64,000 bases of DNA from Candidatus Poribacteria bacterium (GCA_965208675.1 OZ242351.1:3200001-3264000), one strand, 5' to 3'. Positions 38,509 through 52,180 are shown, counted from the first letter of the stretch. Program-made: numbers and translations. The notes: generated by a model from the letters alone, not told the origin.

Positions 38509-40311
38509 CTACTTCAGTTCAAGATTGCCCTCGCCCGTCAGCTCATCCAAAAAGAATACTTTCCAGTGGACCTCTTCCAAGTTGACTGCCGGCGAAAGGT
38601 AGAGCGGAAACGAATAAAGCGCTCCAGACCGAACGGATTTCATTGGTACTCTCGTCGTAATCACGGATGTAACCACCGATTCACCCTCGGTTACGGAGAT
38701 TAGCGGCGCCATCACACTTATCACGTCGTCTGGAACAGCGATGACATCCCAATACCTTGGATGTACGGGATTCGGCAATACAGCCAAACGAAACGCTACG
38801 TTCTCGCCTCGTCTAGTACTGTAGGCGTAAGATGTTGTCTTTTCGATTGATGAGAAGGGTTCCGGTTGCACACTGGGTACAAGAATAACTTGTTCGACGC
38901 CCGTTCCAAAATTTGGAATGCTGAGTTGTGCCTTCCCATCCCCGGCCAACGGCATGCGGCGAACGGCAATTGGCTGAGAAGATTGTAGTTCAATCACCCG
39001 TATTTGGTAAGCGTGCTCCCCATCAGTCTGAAAAGCGATGCTCAATGACCCCGCCCCACCCACGGCTGACAGGCCTATATAGTCTGCCGCATAGGCAGCA
39101 AGCCGGTTCCCGGTAACGGCAACCGGATGAGACTGATGGTTACGGTGGAGATGCAGATTCAGATGCTCGTTTCTATAACCGTACTGGCCTTCTGCAAAAT
39201 CGGAGTCGTCCAAGAAGTTCGCTATCTTCCAGTCGGAAAAGATGGTTGAAAACCTCTTCGTTACGCCGCGCGAATCTAACGCATTATTGATACCGGTAAT
39301 TCCATTTCCACGCTGATTTACAACGGCCGCGATAGTGTCTGCGCCGCCGTAATGTTCGTGGAGATACAGCATCCATAAATACGCCGCGCCATAATGCGAT
39401 AACTGGCTGCGAGATCCATGGGGCCAATTGACCAATGATACACTCGCATTTCGTTCAAACGGTATGACATGGTCTTCAACACTGTATCCACAGATAAACA
39501 TGGCATAATCAGAACACCCTTCATTGACCCAAATCTCTTCGTCTTCGTCCTGCTGCCAGTGAATAAGATGCTGAAATTCGTGCGCTAATACTCCCAACCC
39601 CTTTTCTCCTCCAGCATCTAGGGGATGGGTGTCAACATAAATCATGTCGCGCTCATTGCTATGCACCAATGTGCCGAATTCCGGGTGTCGAAGCACCCCT
39701 CGCTGTTGATCGACGGGGCTAAAAAATCCACCGATAAATCCGCCGCTGACTGTCGCTAGATCGCGAATGTCTAGTAAGAGAATATAGATTTTATCTTCAC
39801 CGTCAATGTTGGGCGGCGGTCCAAATAGTGCAGTCTCAATTTCGTAAATACCTCGCCCAAAATCGGCCGGTGTCGCATCGTCAAACGCGTGCCGGACAGC
39901 CTCAACGGTCGCCGCATTCACAGTCTGTCCCCACTGTGAATCTTCGACGAAAATGTAGCAGAATTTTCCAACTATTTGTAAAGTCGATTGGACAACATAT
40001 TGTTCACGCTTTCTAAAATCAATTGAGAAGAAAGATTGGCGGCTTCCTACTGCCAGTTCGGGTACGCACGGTTGAGCAGGCACAGAAGCATCAACAGGCC
40101 GGTTAGGGCGAGTGATAGATTTATCGTCTGTATCTGCATCTAAGACTAACTCGCTACTTACCCATACGTTTGATCGGTCATAAAAAAAGGGAGTACCATC
40201 AATCCAGCCATGAGCCGTTGGCACTCCCAATACCGTGAATATAATTGTAATATGCCGCAATACGTAATGCGTAGAACGAGAAACGTACAGTTGGATTGGA
40301 TTGGCCGTCAT
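38509..40311 (-). CDS. Secreted zinc metallopeptidase (M30/M6-like)
   Basis: Signal-like N-terminus, GGFFSPVD, LAHEFQHLIH, WVNEGCS, HYGAAYLW. Confidence 0.75.
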   Translation of the reverse strand: MTANPIQLYVSRSTHYVLRHITIIFTVLGVPTAHGWIDGTPFFYDRSNVWVSSELVLDADTDDKSITRPNRPVDASVPAQPCVPELAVGSRQSFFSIDFRKREQYVVQSTLQIVGKFCYIFVEDSQWGQTVNAATVEAVRHAFDDATPADFGRGIYEIETALFGPPPNIDGEDKIYILLLDIRDLATVSGGFIGGFFSPVDQQRGVLRHPEFGTLVHSNERDMIYVDTHPLDAGGEKGLGVLAHEFQHLIHWQQDEDEEIWVNEGCSDYAMFICGYSVEDHVIPFERNASVSLVNWPHGSRSQLSHYGAAYLWMLYLHEHYGGADTIAAVVNQRGNGITGINNALDSRGVTKRFSTIFSDWKIANFLDDSDFAEGQYGYRNEHLNLHLHRNHQSHPVAVTGNRLAAYAADYIGLSAVGGAGSLSIAFQTDGEHAYQIRVIELQSSQPIAVRRMPLAGDGKAQLSIPNFGTGVEQVILVPSVQPEPFSSIEKTTSYAYSTRRGENVAFRLAVLPNPVHPRYWDVIAVPDDVISVMAPLISVTEGESVVTSVITTRVPMKSVRSGALYSFPLYLSPAVNLEEVHWKVFFLDELTGEGNLELK

Positions 40312-40372
40312 TCTTCTCCTCTCCTTATTCCGCTCGTTCTCCCACCCTTAAACCTCGCGGTTTTCTCTTCGT

Positions 40373-41881
40373 CTACCGTTCTTCACTCATCCCATCTTCC
40401 AATCTTATCAATTTTTCTTGTATTTTCACATTATCTGGTTCAAGTTGAATCGCTTTACGCCAAGCTGAGATTGCTTTCTTTTTGTACCCGACCTTCAGAT
40501 AGACTTCTCCTAGATGATCCTGAATCTCAACGCTGTTGGGAATGTAGCTGACAGCCTTTTCAAGATGCTCTAGGGCGGCGGACAGTTTCCCTTGCTTGAA
40601 ATATGCCCAACCCAAACTATCAAGGTAAGCTCCATTTTCCGGCGATTTCTCCAGTGCTTTCTTTATGAGTTCAACAGCCTCGTCTAGATTGGTGCTATAC
40701 TCCGCAAAGAGATAACCCAGTGCATTATATCCCTCGTCACGATTGGGAGCAAGTGCAACGACTTTTCTGAGATAGTGTTCGGCTTTCTCGAAGTTCCCAC
40801 GCGCCTGATAAGAAAGTCCAATCCAATAGTTTGCGTCAACATTGTTCGAGTCTTCATCTAAAACTCTTTGTAATACCTCTATTGCTTTTTCTTCTTTCGA
40901 CAAGTAGGTATAGAGGCTTCCAAGACGAGTACGAAAAACCGACAGTCCGTAATTGTACCTATCCCGTTCAGCGGGATTAAGCCGGCGCAATTCTGTATAT
41001 GCATTGATGGCTTTTATAAGATTTCCTTCCGCAATCTCTGCGGTGTCGGTTGTTGCTGTATAATTCCAAATTAGATTTTCTAGTTTTTCATACTCTTCGA
41101 TATATAGCTTCCCCAATTCTTGATGCACCTGCCACATATTTCGATCGATTCTAACCGCCCGCTCGTAAGCGGATATCGCTTCTTCATTCTTCCCCAAATC
41201 TTTGTAAGCATCACCGAGTCGCTTATGGTATATCGGCTGATAAGATTCGATACGCGTCAGTTCTTTGAAAGCGTGAACCGCTGATTCATAATCCTCTCGG
41301 TTGTATGCAAGAGTTCCAAGATATCGATGGGAGTCAACGAGGCATTTGACAATAATTCCCCCGAATTTTACTGTAGCATGATTGGAATTGAGTTCAATCA
41401 CTGTCTCGAATTCTGCTATGGCATCGTCTAAATTTCCAGTGCTATTTTTTTGCCGCAGTATTAAAATATAACCCAGCAGAAAACGGGGAGCCGGCATTTC
41501 TGGATTTATCGCAATCGCCCTGCGGCATTCCTTTTCGGCCGCTCTGATGTTTTGCAAGTCTATCAAAAGGCTCGCAAATTGAGTATGTACAAAGGCAGAC
41601 GGCTCATATACTCTCAAAACTTCCTCATATGCCCTTTTCACATCAGACTGCTTTTTATCGAACCTCAGGTAATTCGATCGTAAGTAAGTTGCCCAAGCTA
41701 GTTGCGTATAAACACGGCTCGCCTTTTCATACGCACGGTTTAACGCTGTGTGATTTACACCCGGCGAATCACCGCCCATCATATCGGCCCGGGTGAAGGA
41801 AACTGCAAATACTACCAAAATAATGTAATGCGCTATACGTAAAACGTAAAACATGAGAACAGATGAAATCAATCTTAACAT
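40373..41881 (-). CDS. Exported TPR protein
   Basis: Hydrophobic N-terminus; many TPRs, YNALGY, YLDSLGWAYFKQG, DHLGEVY. Confidence 0.88.
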   Translation of the reverse strand: MLRLISSVLMFYVLRIAHYIILVVFAVSFTRADMMGGDSPGVNHTALNRAYEKASRVYTQLAWATYLRSNYLRFDKKQSDVKRAYEEVLRVYEPSAFVHTQFASLLIDLQNIRAAEKECRRAIAINPEMPAPRFLLGYILILRQKNSTGNLDDAIAEFETVIELNSNHATVKFGGIIVKCLVDSHRYLGTLAYNREDYESAVHAFKELTRIESYQPIYHKRLGDAYKDLGKNEEAISAYERAVRIDRNMWQVHQELGKLYIEEYEKLENLIWNYTATTDTAEIAEGNLIKAINAYTELRRLNPAERDRYNYGLSVFRTRLGSLYTYLSKEEKAIEVLQRVLDEDSNNVDANYWIGLSYQARGNFEKAEHYLRKVVALAPNRDEGYNALGYLFAEYSTNLDEAVELIKKALEKSPENGAYLDSLGWAYFKQGKLSAALEHLEKAVSYIPNSVEIQDHLGEVYLKVGYKKKAISAWRKAIQLEPDNVKIQEKLIRLEDGMSEER

Positions 41882-41900
41882 TTCAGTTTCCCTTTATACG

Positions 41901-44351
41901 CTATTCCTGCGCATCGCTGCCATTTCCAGAAATTTTTCCAACATCAACGACAATTTCATCTGGACGCAAAGCCATCAGACGAACCCCTTGCGTATTTCTG
42001 CCAATTGCTCGTATGTCGCTTACCGGGATTCGAGTCACCATACCGTTCGAACTGATGAAAATTAGTTCATCATCATTCGATACCATTTTCACGGCGACGA
42101 CGGTACCGTTTCGCTCGCTTGTTTTAATAGCGATTACTCCCTTTCCGCCACGCGCTTGCAATCGATATGCCTTCAAGGAAGTTCGTTTCCCATAGCCGTT
42201 TTTCGTAACAACTAGCAGCATTAGCCTCTCATCCGCGGCAGACACCATTCCAACAACAAAATCATCATCCGCTAAACGAATCCCCCGCACCCCTGCCGCT
42301 GTTCGCCCCATACTACGGACCTCATGCTCATTAAAGCGAATCGACAGTCCGGATTTCGTCACAAGGACGACCTGGTGGTCTCCTTCGGTTAACTGTACTT
42401 CAATCAACTTATCCCCTACATCAAGATTAATGGCGATAATGCCAGCGGAGTACGGCCTACTGAAAACGTCGAGGCTGCATTTTTTTACAATCCCATTTTG
42501 AGTTGCCATGAAAACAAACCGATTTTCGTCAAACTCCCGTACTGAAACAAACGCTGTAATTTTTTCGTCATTCTCGACCCGTAAAAGGTTGACTATTGCT
42601 CGACCAATTGATGTCCGGCTGCCCTCGGGAATCTGAAAGACCTTAAGCCAATAACATTTTCCGCTATCCGTAAAGAATAGGATATACTGGTGCGCGGAAG
42701 CAACAAATATGTGTTCGACGAAATCCCCTTCCTTTGTCCCCATCCCCATAACTCCGACGCCGCCTCGATGCTGGCGACGGTAGACCGAGATTGGCATCCG
42801 CTTGATGTAACCAGTGTGTGAGATAACCACAACCATCTCTTCATCGGCAATCAAATCTTCAATATTAAACTCTTTGACGGCATCAATGATTTCAGTTCGA
42901 CGTTCATCCCCGTATTTGGATTTTAATTCTAATAGCTCCGTCTTGATTATGTCGGTAATTAACATCTCACTTTCAAGAATGGCTTTCAGTTCTTCAATCT
43001 TTTCCAGAAGATCGGCGTATTCGTTATTGATTTTCTGTCGTTCCAAGCCGGTCAACTGGCGTAATGTCATTCCCAATATCTCATTGGCTTGTATTTCCGA
43101 CAAGGAAAAACTTCTGATTAATTCATCCCTCGCATCTTGCGGATTGTCCGCTGTCTGAACAATCTCGATTACCTCCTCGATTTGATTCAATGCTATACGA
43201 TACCCTTCCAGAATGTGCGCTCGTCTCTCGCATTGATCCAAATCAAACTGAGTTCGACGACGAAGAACTTCTCGCCGGTGATCAAGATATGCTTGGAGTA
43301 TCTCTTTCAGAGGCAATACTTTCGGAATTCCGTCGACCAAGCACAACATAATCGAGTTGAAGTTGCTCTGCATCTGGGTGTGCTTGTACAATTGATTCAA
43401 GATGACTTGTGCAATCTCGCCCCGCTTCAGTTCAACAATAACACGTATTTCCCGATCCGATTCGTCACGTATGTCGCTAATGCCAGTGATTGTTTTACTT
43501 ACGACCAGTTCATACATCTTCTCAAGCAACTGGTTTTTCTTGATTTGGTACGGTATTTCTGTAATGACAATCTGTTCCTTTCCCCCTGCCAACCGCTCAA
43601 TCACAACTCTTGCCCGAACCGTGATACTCCCCTTGCCAACTGCGTACGTTTCGCGTATGCCTTCTTTACCGACTATTAAACCTGCTGTCGGAAAATCGGG
43701 ACCGGGTATGCATTTCATCAAATCTTCAACTGTCGCACCCGAATTCTCAAGAATCAAAATTAAGCCATCGATAATCTCGTTTAAATTATGGGGTGGGATG
43801 CGCGTAAGATATCCGACGCCGATTCCAGTAGTGCCGTTGACAATCAAATTAGGTAAACATGCCGGAAGTACCGTTGGCTCGGTCGCCGATTCCTTGTAGT
43901 TCGGCTGAAAATCTACAGTATTCTTATGAATGTCCGCCAGCATCTCATCAGCAACTGGCATTAACCGGCATTCTGTGTAACGCATGGCTCCAGGGGGATC
44001 ATCATCAATCGAGCCAAAGTTCCCCTGTCCATCAATTAACGGGTAGCGCATCGTAAATTCTTGCGCTAACCCGACCAATGTGTCGTAAATCGGACCATCT
44101 CCGTGCGGATGAAAATTTTTCATCACCTCGCCAACAACTGCCGCACACTTATCGTAAGGGCGATTAGCCGTCAGGTTAATCTCGCCCATAGCATAGATGA
44201 TGCGCCGCGTGCTCGGTTTCATCCCATCTCTTACATCAGGAATCGCCCGGTTCGTATTGACACTCATCGCATAGGTCAGGTAGGATTCCTTTAATTCTTC
44301 TTCGATGTATCTCGTAACAATATTTTGGTTTTCTCTATCTGATGTGAGCAC
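41901..44351 (-). CDS. gyrA: DNA gyrase subunit A
   Basis: PDVRDG, HPHGD, GQGNFGS, AMRYTE, GyrA-box QHRGGVG. Confidence 0.97.
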   Translation of the reverse strand: MLTSDRENQNIVTRYIEEELKESYLTYAMSVNTNRAIPDVRDGMKPSTRRIIYAMGEINLTANRPYDKCAAVVGEVMKNFHPHGDGPIYDTLVGLAQEFTMRYPLIDGQGNFGSIDDDPPGAMRYTECRLMPVADEMLADIHKNTVDFQPNYKESATEPTVLPACLPNLIVNGTTGIGVGYLTRIPPHNLNEIIDGLILILENSGATVEDLMKCIPGPDFPTAGLIVGKEGIRETYAVGKGSITVRARVVIERLAGGKEQIVITEIPYQIKKNQLLEKMYELVVSKTITGISDIRDESDREIRVIVELKRGEIAQVILNQLYKHTQMQSNFNSIMLCLVDGIPKVLPLKEILQAYLDHRREVLRRRTQFDLDQCERRAHILEGYRIALNQIEEVIEIVQTADNPQDARDELIRSFSLSEIQANEILGMTLRQLTGLERQKINNEYADLLEKIEELKAILESEMLITDIIKTELLELKSKYGDERRTEIIDAVKEFNIEDLIADEEMVVVISHTGYIKRMPISVYRRQHRGGVGVMGMGTKEGDFVEHIFVASAHQYILFFTDSGKCYWLKVFQIPEGSRTSIGRAIVNLLRVENDEKITAFVSVREFDENRFVFMATQNGIVKKCSLDVFSRPYSAGIIAINLDVGDKLIEVQLTEGDHQVVLVTKSGLSIRFNEHEVRSMGRTAAGVRGIRLADDDFVVGMVSAADERLMLLVVTKNGYGKRTSLKAYRLQARGGKGVIAIKTSERNGTVVAVKMVSNDDELIFISSNGMVTRIPVSDIRAIGRNTQGVRLMALRPDEIVVDVGKISGNGSDAQE

Positions 44352-44415
44352 GTTCTACCCTACTTCTGTTACAGTTGGTGAGTACAAATCCTTTTCTAAT
44401 ATCAGGCGCCAAGCC

Positions 44416-46884
<2,469 letters not shown>

Positions 46885-46977
46885 TTATTTGATATCCATT
46901 GATGAGCCGGGTAGGAGATTAATATTTCGCGAAGATTGTTACTTCTTTTTCGGACTCCAAGTTGGTAATGTCTGTCC

Positions 46978-47559
46978 CTATGAGGCACCGCGGCCGCGTT
47001 CAGGAGAATCAGTATCGTGATTAGGTTGATTCTGGGAGGAAATGTAACCGGATTTCGACTGGGCATCATCAATTAAAGCGCGTTGGCTCTGTTTGATAAA
47101 AACACGTTTCAAGCTCGCTTTCAATTCTGTATCCTCTACTTCGGCTATCTTCCGATCAATGCGTTCTATAATATAAGGGGTAAGTACAACTTTCTCTAAA
47201 CTATTTAGACGCTTGGAACGCTGACGAGGTTGCATTTTTCGGGTACACGGCTTGATTGCCTTCACAGAAAACTGCAAATCTCTCACCGCGGTTTTACCAA
47301 CGGTATGGTTAATTTTTTCAGTGACATGCTGCTTGAGTAACGATAGCTCAGTTATCAAAACGGTATTCACCGCATAAACCGTTAACTTACCGTTAATCAG
47401 CGATATGGGTCGAGTATTGCGCGCCACAGGTTCGCCCACGGCACTAGCCCAGGCCGCAAGCACTTTCGCCTCAAGTATTTTCCGATCGTAACCATACTCG
47501 CGCAATAAGTATGAAAGGATATTTTCAATTTTGTGCGTGTTGTCTGATAACTTGTCCAT
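46978..47559 (-). CDS. dciA: DUF721 / DciA-family protein
   Basis: W..AVGE.VA..T.P....GKL.V pattern; canonical position between recF and gyrB. Confidence 0.75.
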   Translation of the reverse strand: MDKLSDNTHKIENILSYLLREYGYDRKILEAKVLAAWASAVGEPVARNTRPISLINGKLTVYAVNTVLITELSLLKQHVTEKINHTVGKTAVRDLQFSVKAIKPCTRKMQPRQRSKRLNSLEKVVLTPYIIERIDRKIAEVEDTELKASLKRVFIKQSQRALIDDAQSKSGYISSQNQPNHDTDSPERGRGAS

Positions 47560-48853
47560 TTTTTATCGTTAAAATGCAACTGTCTTCCAGATATTCGGTC
47601 CAAACCTCTCGCCGCGTCGAAGTGATAAAAGTCTGTGAATTTAATCTTTGCAGCAAATCAAACAAATATTTTGAACGCATCTCATCAAGTTCTGAAATTA
47701 CATCATCCAACAACACAATTGGCGCCTTATTTGATAACGTATGTATTAACTCTAACTCCCCCAATTTTAGAGCTAACGCAATCGTACGTTGTTGTCCCTG
47801 TGAACAGAAGGCTTTGGCATCCTGACGTTGGAAATTTTCGTCTCGCCCTGTTTCTAACATGAGTTTCAAATCGTCTCGATGGGGACCTACAGACGTCGTC
47901 CCACGCAGTATGTCGTGCGATCGAGAATAAGTTAAGGCTTTTAGATATATATCCTCGGCTTCGGATTGGCTAATGGAGGAGATACCTTCCAAAGCCTGAG
48001 GAGGCATGTACTCCAAGTCGAGTGTCTCACTCCCGCCGGTCAGTTCGATATGTTTCATTTGCGCATATGTTCTCATCTGACTTAGCATGTCATTACGAGA
48101 TTGAATAATAGCAATACCATCTTCAATGAGTAACATATCCCAAGGCTCCAAATCGTCGCTTCCGGCTTGTTTCGCCCGAATTTGCTTCAGGAGCTCATTA
48201 CGTTGCTTGAGCGCAAACTGGTAATTTTGCAGATGGTTTAAGTAAGCCGGACTGAGTTGGGATATTAGAATATCAATAAAACGCCGGCGTTCGGAGGGCG
48301 CCCCCTTTACTAAAGTAAGCGATTCAGGTGAAAAGAAAACGACGTTGAACTGTCCAATCCACTCGGAAAGTTTCCGTTGAAGATCTCCATTCAGCTTAAA
48401 CCGCTTTTTGCCATTCGATTCGTTCGAGACTTCCAGAGTCATATTAGGCGAGTCTAGATCCTGCCTACCGGGCTTAGACGAAGTAGAATAGCAATTGCTA
48501 ATATCGGCAGATGGCTGGAATCCTTCAATATAACTGGATTTAACCGCCGAGTTAGCGAGCGGGAATTCGTGAATTAGATTAGAGTGAGTACCGGTGGGTT
48601 GAGTTGCTGTAGTCGAATCGCTTTCACCCGCAATCATACCCTTTAGATAAAACCAGTCTTCGTTATGCCGTATAAGTTCATCATCTGGGTAGGTGCGGTG
48701 GGATTTAGCCGTGCTAAGAAAGTAAATTGCCTCTAACAGGCTAGTTTTACCCTGTGCATTTCCGCCGATAATCAGGTTACCTTTATTTGGAAATTCAATC
48801 TCGCAATCTACATAATTCCGAAAGTTGCGTAACAGAAGGTAGTTTAATCGCAT
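47525..48853 (-). CDS. recF: DNA replication/repair protein RecF
   Basis: NFRNY, GNAQGKTSLLEAI, ERRRFID, GPHRDDL, SQGQQR, LLDDVISELD. Confidence 0.96.
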   Translation of the reverse strand: MRLNYLLLRNFRNYVDCEIEFPNKGNLIIGGNAQGKTSLLEAIYFLSTAKSHRTYPDDELIRHNEDWFYLKGMIAGESDSTTATQPTGTHSNLIHEFPLANSAVKSSYIEGFQPSADISNCYSTSSKPGRQDLDSPNMTLEVSNESNGKKRFKLNGDLQRKLSEWIGQFNVVFFSPESLTLVKGAPSERRRFIDILISQLSPAYLNHLQNYQFALKQRNELLKQIRAKQAGSDDLEPWDMLLIEDGIAIIQSRNDMLSQMRTYAQMKHIELTGGSETLDLEYMPPQALEGISSISQSEAEDIYLKALTYSRSHDILRGTTSVGPHRDDLKLMLETGRDENFQRQDAKAFCSQGQQRTIALALKLGELELIHTLSNKAPIVLLDDVISELDEMRSKYLFDLLQRLNSQTFITSTRREVWTEYLEDSCILTIKNGQVIRQHAQN

Positions 48854-48885
48854 CGTTTTAACGAGTAATGTCGGAGACCTTGGGC

Positions 48886-49989
48886 CTAGCTTTCAAGCCT
48901 CATAGGCATAATCAATCCGAGATGATTATCTTCGCCAACAGGTTTTAAAACCACGGCACTTAACGCATCTTTGAATTCCATCACCACCTCTTCAGTTTGA
49001 ATATGCCTCAACACATCTATCAGAAAACGCGCATCAAATGCGATTTCGATTTCGCCATTGCTGCTTTTGAAATCTATAGTTTCCTCAGCTTCTCCTAATT
49101 CCGGCGTTTTTGCAGAGATATTAACCGCGTTTTCATGTACATCCAGTCGGATGGAGAAATTTTTTGGGTTTGAGAACAAAGCAACACGCCTCAATGCACT
49201 GAAAAACAACTCCACATCAAGCACAACTCTTCCCTCATTGTCTTTCGGGATAATCTGCTCGTATTTAGGATATTCCCCTTCCACCAATCGAGAAGTAAGG
49301 GTTGCAACATCATCTGCGAAAATGATTTGATTTTCCCGCAAACAGACGCGTATCTCCTCCGATTCAGCAAATGTCTTTACAATTTCACGGACTGCTTTGA
49401 GGGGTACAATTATACCCATCGGTTCCGTTGGCGCTGGTGTCAATGGGCCATCAGAAGCGATAGCCAAACGCCGCCCGTCTGTCGCAACCATCTGAGTGAT
49501 TTCGGGTGTCAAATAAAAGTAAAGCCCGTTAAGAAAATACCGCGTTTCCTCAGTCGAAGCTGCAAACTCAGTCTTGTAAATCATTGATCGTAGAATTTCC
49601 CCGTTAATTGTAAAAAAATCGTCCTTAATTGTAGGAAGATTCGGAAATTCGTCATCGGGCAAACCAATCATTTTGTAAGTACCTTGTGCGCATACAATTT
49701 CAACGCGATCGTTCGCGGTGGTAGTAAACCTAATTTCTGCCGGCGGAAGTTCACGTGCAATTTCAGCAAGTTTTCTTGCGGAGAGAGTAATAGCACCTTC
49801 GTCGGATATTGTTCCCGGAACAATCATTCGAATACCGACCTCCAAATCTGTTGATGCTATTACAATTTGGTCGCCGGTCGCATCAATTAAAACGTTCGAT
49901 AATATCGGCAGCGTGTTTCTTCCAGCAGCTACACTCTGTACTACTTGTATTGCTTTTAGTAAATTGTCCTTTTCAAATGTTAATTCCAT
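48886..49989 (-). CDS. dnaN: DNA polymerase III beta clamp
   Basis: TLPILSNV, STDLEV, ATDGRRLA, EGEYPKY, LIMPMR. Confidence 0.97.
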   Translation of the reverse strand: MELTFEKDNLLKAIQVVQSVAAGRNTLPILSNVLIDATGDQIVIASTDLEVGIRMIVPGTISDEGAITLSARKLAEIARELPPAEIRFTTTANDRVEIVCAQGTYKMIGLPDDEFPNLPTIKDDFFTINGEILRSMIYKTEFAASTEETRYFLNGLYFYLTPEITQMVATDGRRLAIASDGPLTPAPTEPMGIIVPLKAVREIVKTFAESEEIRVCLRENQIIFADDVATLTSRLVEGEYPKYEQIIPKDNEGRVVLDVELFFSALRRVALFSNPKNFSIRLDVHENAVNISAKTPELGEAEETIDFKSSNGEIEIAFDARFLIDVLRHIQTEEVVMEFKDALSAVVLKPVGEDNHLGLIMPMRLES

Positions 49990-50084
49990 TTTTTTCCTCC
50001 TTAAAGCACGTAATTAAAATTTTAAGTTCTTTTTTCATTACTTGGGTTCCAAGCAAGCATTTCCGCCTACATATCCGGTGTACT

Positions 50085-50309
50085 ATTCTCTATATATTAT
50101 AAATATAAAAATAAATTAAAGTATTAGTAGTAGCTGTGGACATGTGGACAACTGCTGTAAACCCAAATGATTATTGAGTTGCAATACTGGGTAAAAGTTG
50201 TGGATAAATAATCAGATATCCACAATTTCTGTACATCAACTTATTTATCCACATTTATCCACGGACTATACACAGAGTTATCCACATACTTATCCACAAG
50301 TTATACACA
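50085..50309. other. oriC: oriC, dnaA-dnaN part: AT-rich unwinding element, DnaA-trios, DnaA boxes
   Basis: Perfect TTATCCACA-type boxes at 50199-50207 (reverse), 50245-50253, 50278-50286, 50290-50298; TTATACACA 50301-50309; further near-matches; TAG trios 50119-50133 next to an AT tract. Confidence 0.92.
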
Positions 50310-50665
50310 TTATTATTTGTACGATGTTTTTCTAAAATTTAAACCCAATTGCTAAATTTTGTGGTGCAGTGCGCGCTTGAGACTGATGGCGCAGTCATTT
50401 TTGTTTCTATCGTCACACCGCTGCCTGTCGATCGAAATTCTAATTAGCGGGTATATGTAGATAAGTATTACACTTACAATGCAATCGTAATGGAATTTTT
50501 TGGGTAACGCAGTGCGTGTTCAGCGCGGGAACATCCGACATGAGAGACTTCACGAGGCAAATGCCATTGATAGTTTTTCAACGCGATGGCGCAATGGTAT
50601 GGAAAAATTTCGTCTCAACCAACAACAATGGGACTCAAATATTTGATGTATCGGCATTAATCAAG

Positions 50666-52009
50666 TTATTGTATATCAGCAATCAATAATTTGATATCCT
50701 GCTCGAGTTTTGTATCGTCTGGTATCCTTTCTTGGATTTTGTCGTACGCATGGATAACGGTGGTATGATCCTGCTTATTGAAAGCAGCCGCAATTTCCTG
50801 TAATGACATACTTGTCAATTCTCTACAGAGATACATCGAAATTTGCCGTGGGTAAACGTAAGCCCGGTTTCGCTTGGAAGATTTCAGGTCCGATATCTTT
50901 AATTCAAAATAGTTGGCGACAGCTTCTTGTATATCATCGACGGTGATAGCTCTATGGTGACCAACAGGCGACTGTGTGGAAAGAGGGCCTAACACTTGCG
51001 CCGCAAACTCGACAGTTAATTCTTCCTCACAGACACTACTCTCCATAACAAGGCGATTGAGTTTGCCTTCAAGATCGCGGATGTTAGTTTGAACCACTTC
51101 AGCAATGAAACTTAAAACACTATCAGTAATATTTTCATATCCATAGTCTTCGCACTTCTGGCGCAGGATAGCCAGTCGTGTTTCAAATTGCGGCGGATCG
51201 ATATCTGCTACCATGCCGCACCCAAAGCGAGACGTAAGTCTTTCCTCAACAGTTTCAAGGTTTCTGGGTGGGCGGTCACTTGTCATCACGATCTGATTCG
51301 AGTTCAAATGTAACTCGTTGAAGGTGTGGAAGAATTCCTCCTGTGTGCCCTCTTTGCCTCGTAGAAACTGGATGTCATCAATCAAAAGCACGTTTGCTGT
51401 TCGGTATTTGTTACGAAAATCCTGCGCAGTTGTCCGGGCGGAAATAGAATCAATGTATTCGTTCATGAAGATTTCAGAAGTCACGTAAAGCACTTTGAGG
51501 TGTGAATGATGTGCCTGGATATAATTGCCGACTGCATGTAGCAGGTGCGTTTTCCCCAACCCAACTCCGCCATGGATGAATAGCGGGTTGTGTTTATCTC
51601 CGGGCTCTTTAGCGCAGCCAAGTGCAGCAGCATGGCTCAAACGGTTACTGGCTCCAACAACAAATCGGTCGAACGTGCACTTGGGGTCTAGGCGAGTTTC
51701 TTTAGCGGGAAGTACGGAGGTTGCGGCAGCGGCGGACGAAAAACCAGGAGTCGAATTATTATCAGGCTGAACCACGGTGATGTTAAGCCTACATCCCGTC
51801 CCCACGAACTCTTCTAAGTATTCGTTTATCGATGTTAGAAATCGATCGTGTATTTGCTCTTGTGTGAAGAGAGCTGGCACTGAAACTGTGAACTGACTCT
51901 CGGTCAGGGTAATAGGTTTGGTCTGTTTTAGAAAAATATCGTCGCGCGCAATGTCACCAAGTTCAGATAGTATTTGCATCCAGATGTCATTGGGGCTTTG
52001 CTGCATCAT
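50666..52009 (-). CDS. dnaA: Chromosomal replication initiator DnaA
   Basis: NPLFIHGGVGLGKTHL, LLIDDIQF, TQEEFFHTFN, PRQISMYL, DHTTVIHA. Confidence 0.98.
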   Translation of the reverse strand: MMQQSPNDIWMQILSELGDIARDDIFLKQTKPITLTESQFTVSVPALFTQEQIHDRFLTSINEYLEEFVGTGCRLNITVVQPDNNSTPGFSSAAAATSVLPAKETRLDPKCTFDRFVVGASNRLSHAAALGCAKEPGDKHNPLFIHGGVGLGKTHLLHAVGNYIQAHHSHLKVLYVTSEIFMNEYIDSISARTTAQDFRNKYRTANVLLIDDIQFLRGKEGTQEEFFHTFNELHLNSNQIVMTSDRPPRNLETVEERLTSRFGCGMVADIDPPQFETRLAILRQKCEDYGYENITDSVLSFIAEVVQTNIRDLEGKLNRLVMESSVCEEELTVEFAAQVLGPLSTQSPVGHHRAITVDDIQEAVANYFELKISDLKSSKRNRAYVYPRQISMYLCRELTSMSLQEIAAAFNKQDHTTVIHAYDKIQERIPDDTKLEQDIKLLIADIQ

Positions 52010-52180
52010 AGTATTCCTAGATTCATTTGTGCGGGGAGATTACTGCACCATACGAGAGTTTCATTAAAGCTGTTTTAAGCAAAGTAAAACACATCAAGCC
52101 CCTAATACAGGTGGCAATGCAAACAATTTGAAATAACTATGCTTTGGTGTATGGGCGGGTAAATGATGAGAGAGGAATTT

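Noticed and set aside
50320-50660. Possible ncRNA or small gene between the DnaA boxes and the dnaA stop
   Set aside because: No recognisable structure, family motif or ORF; a covariance-model search would be needed.
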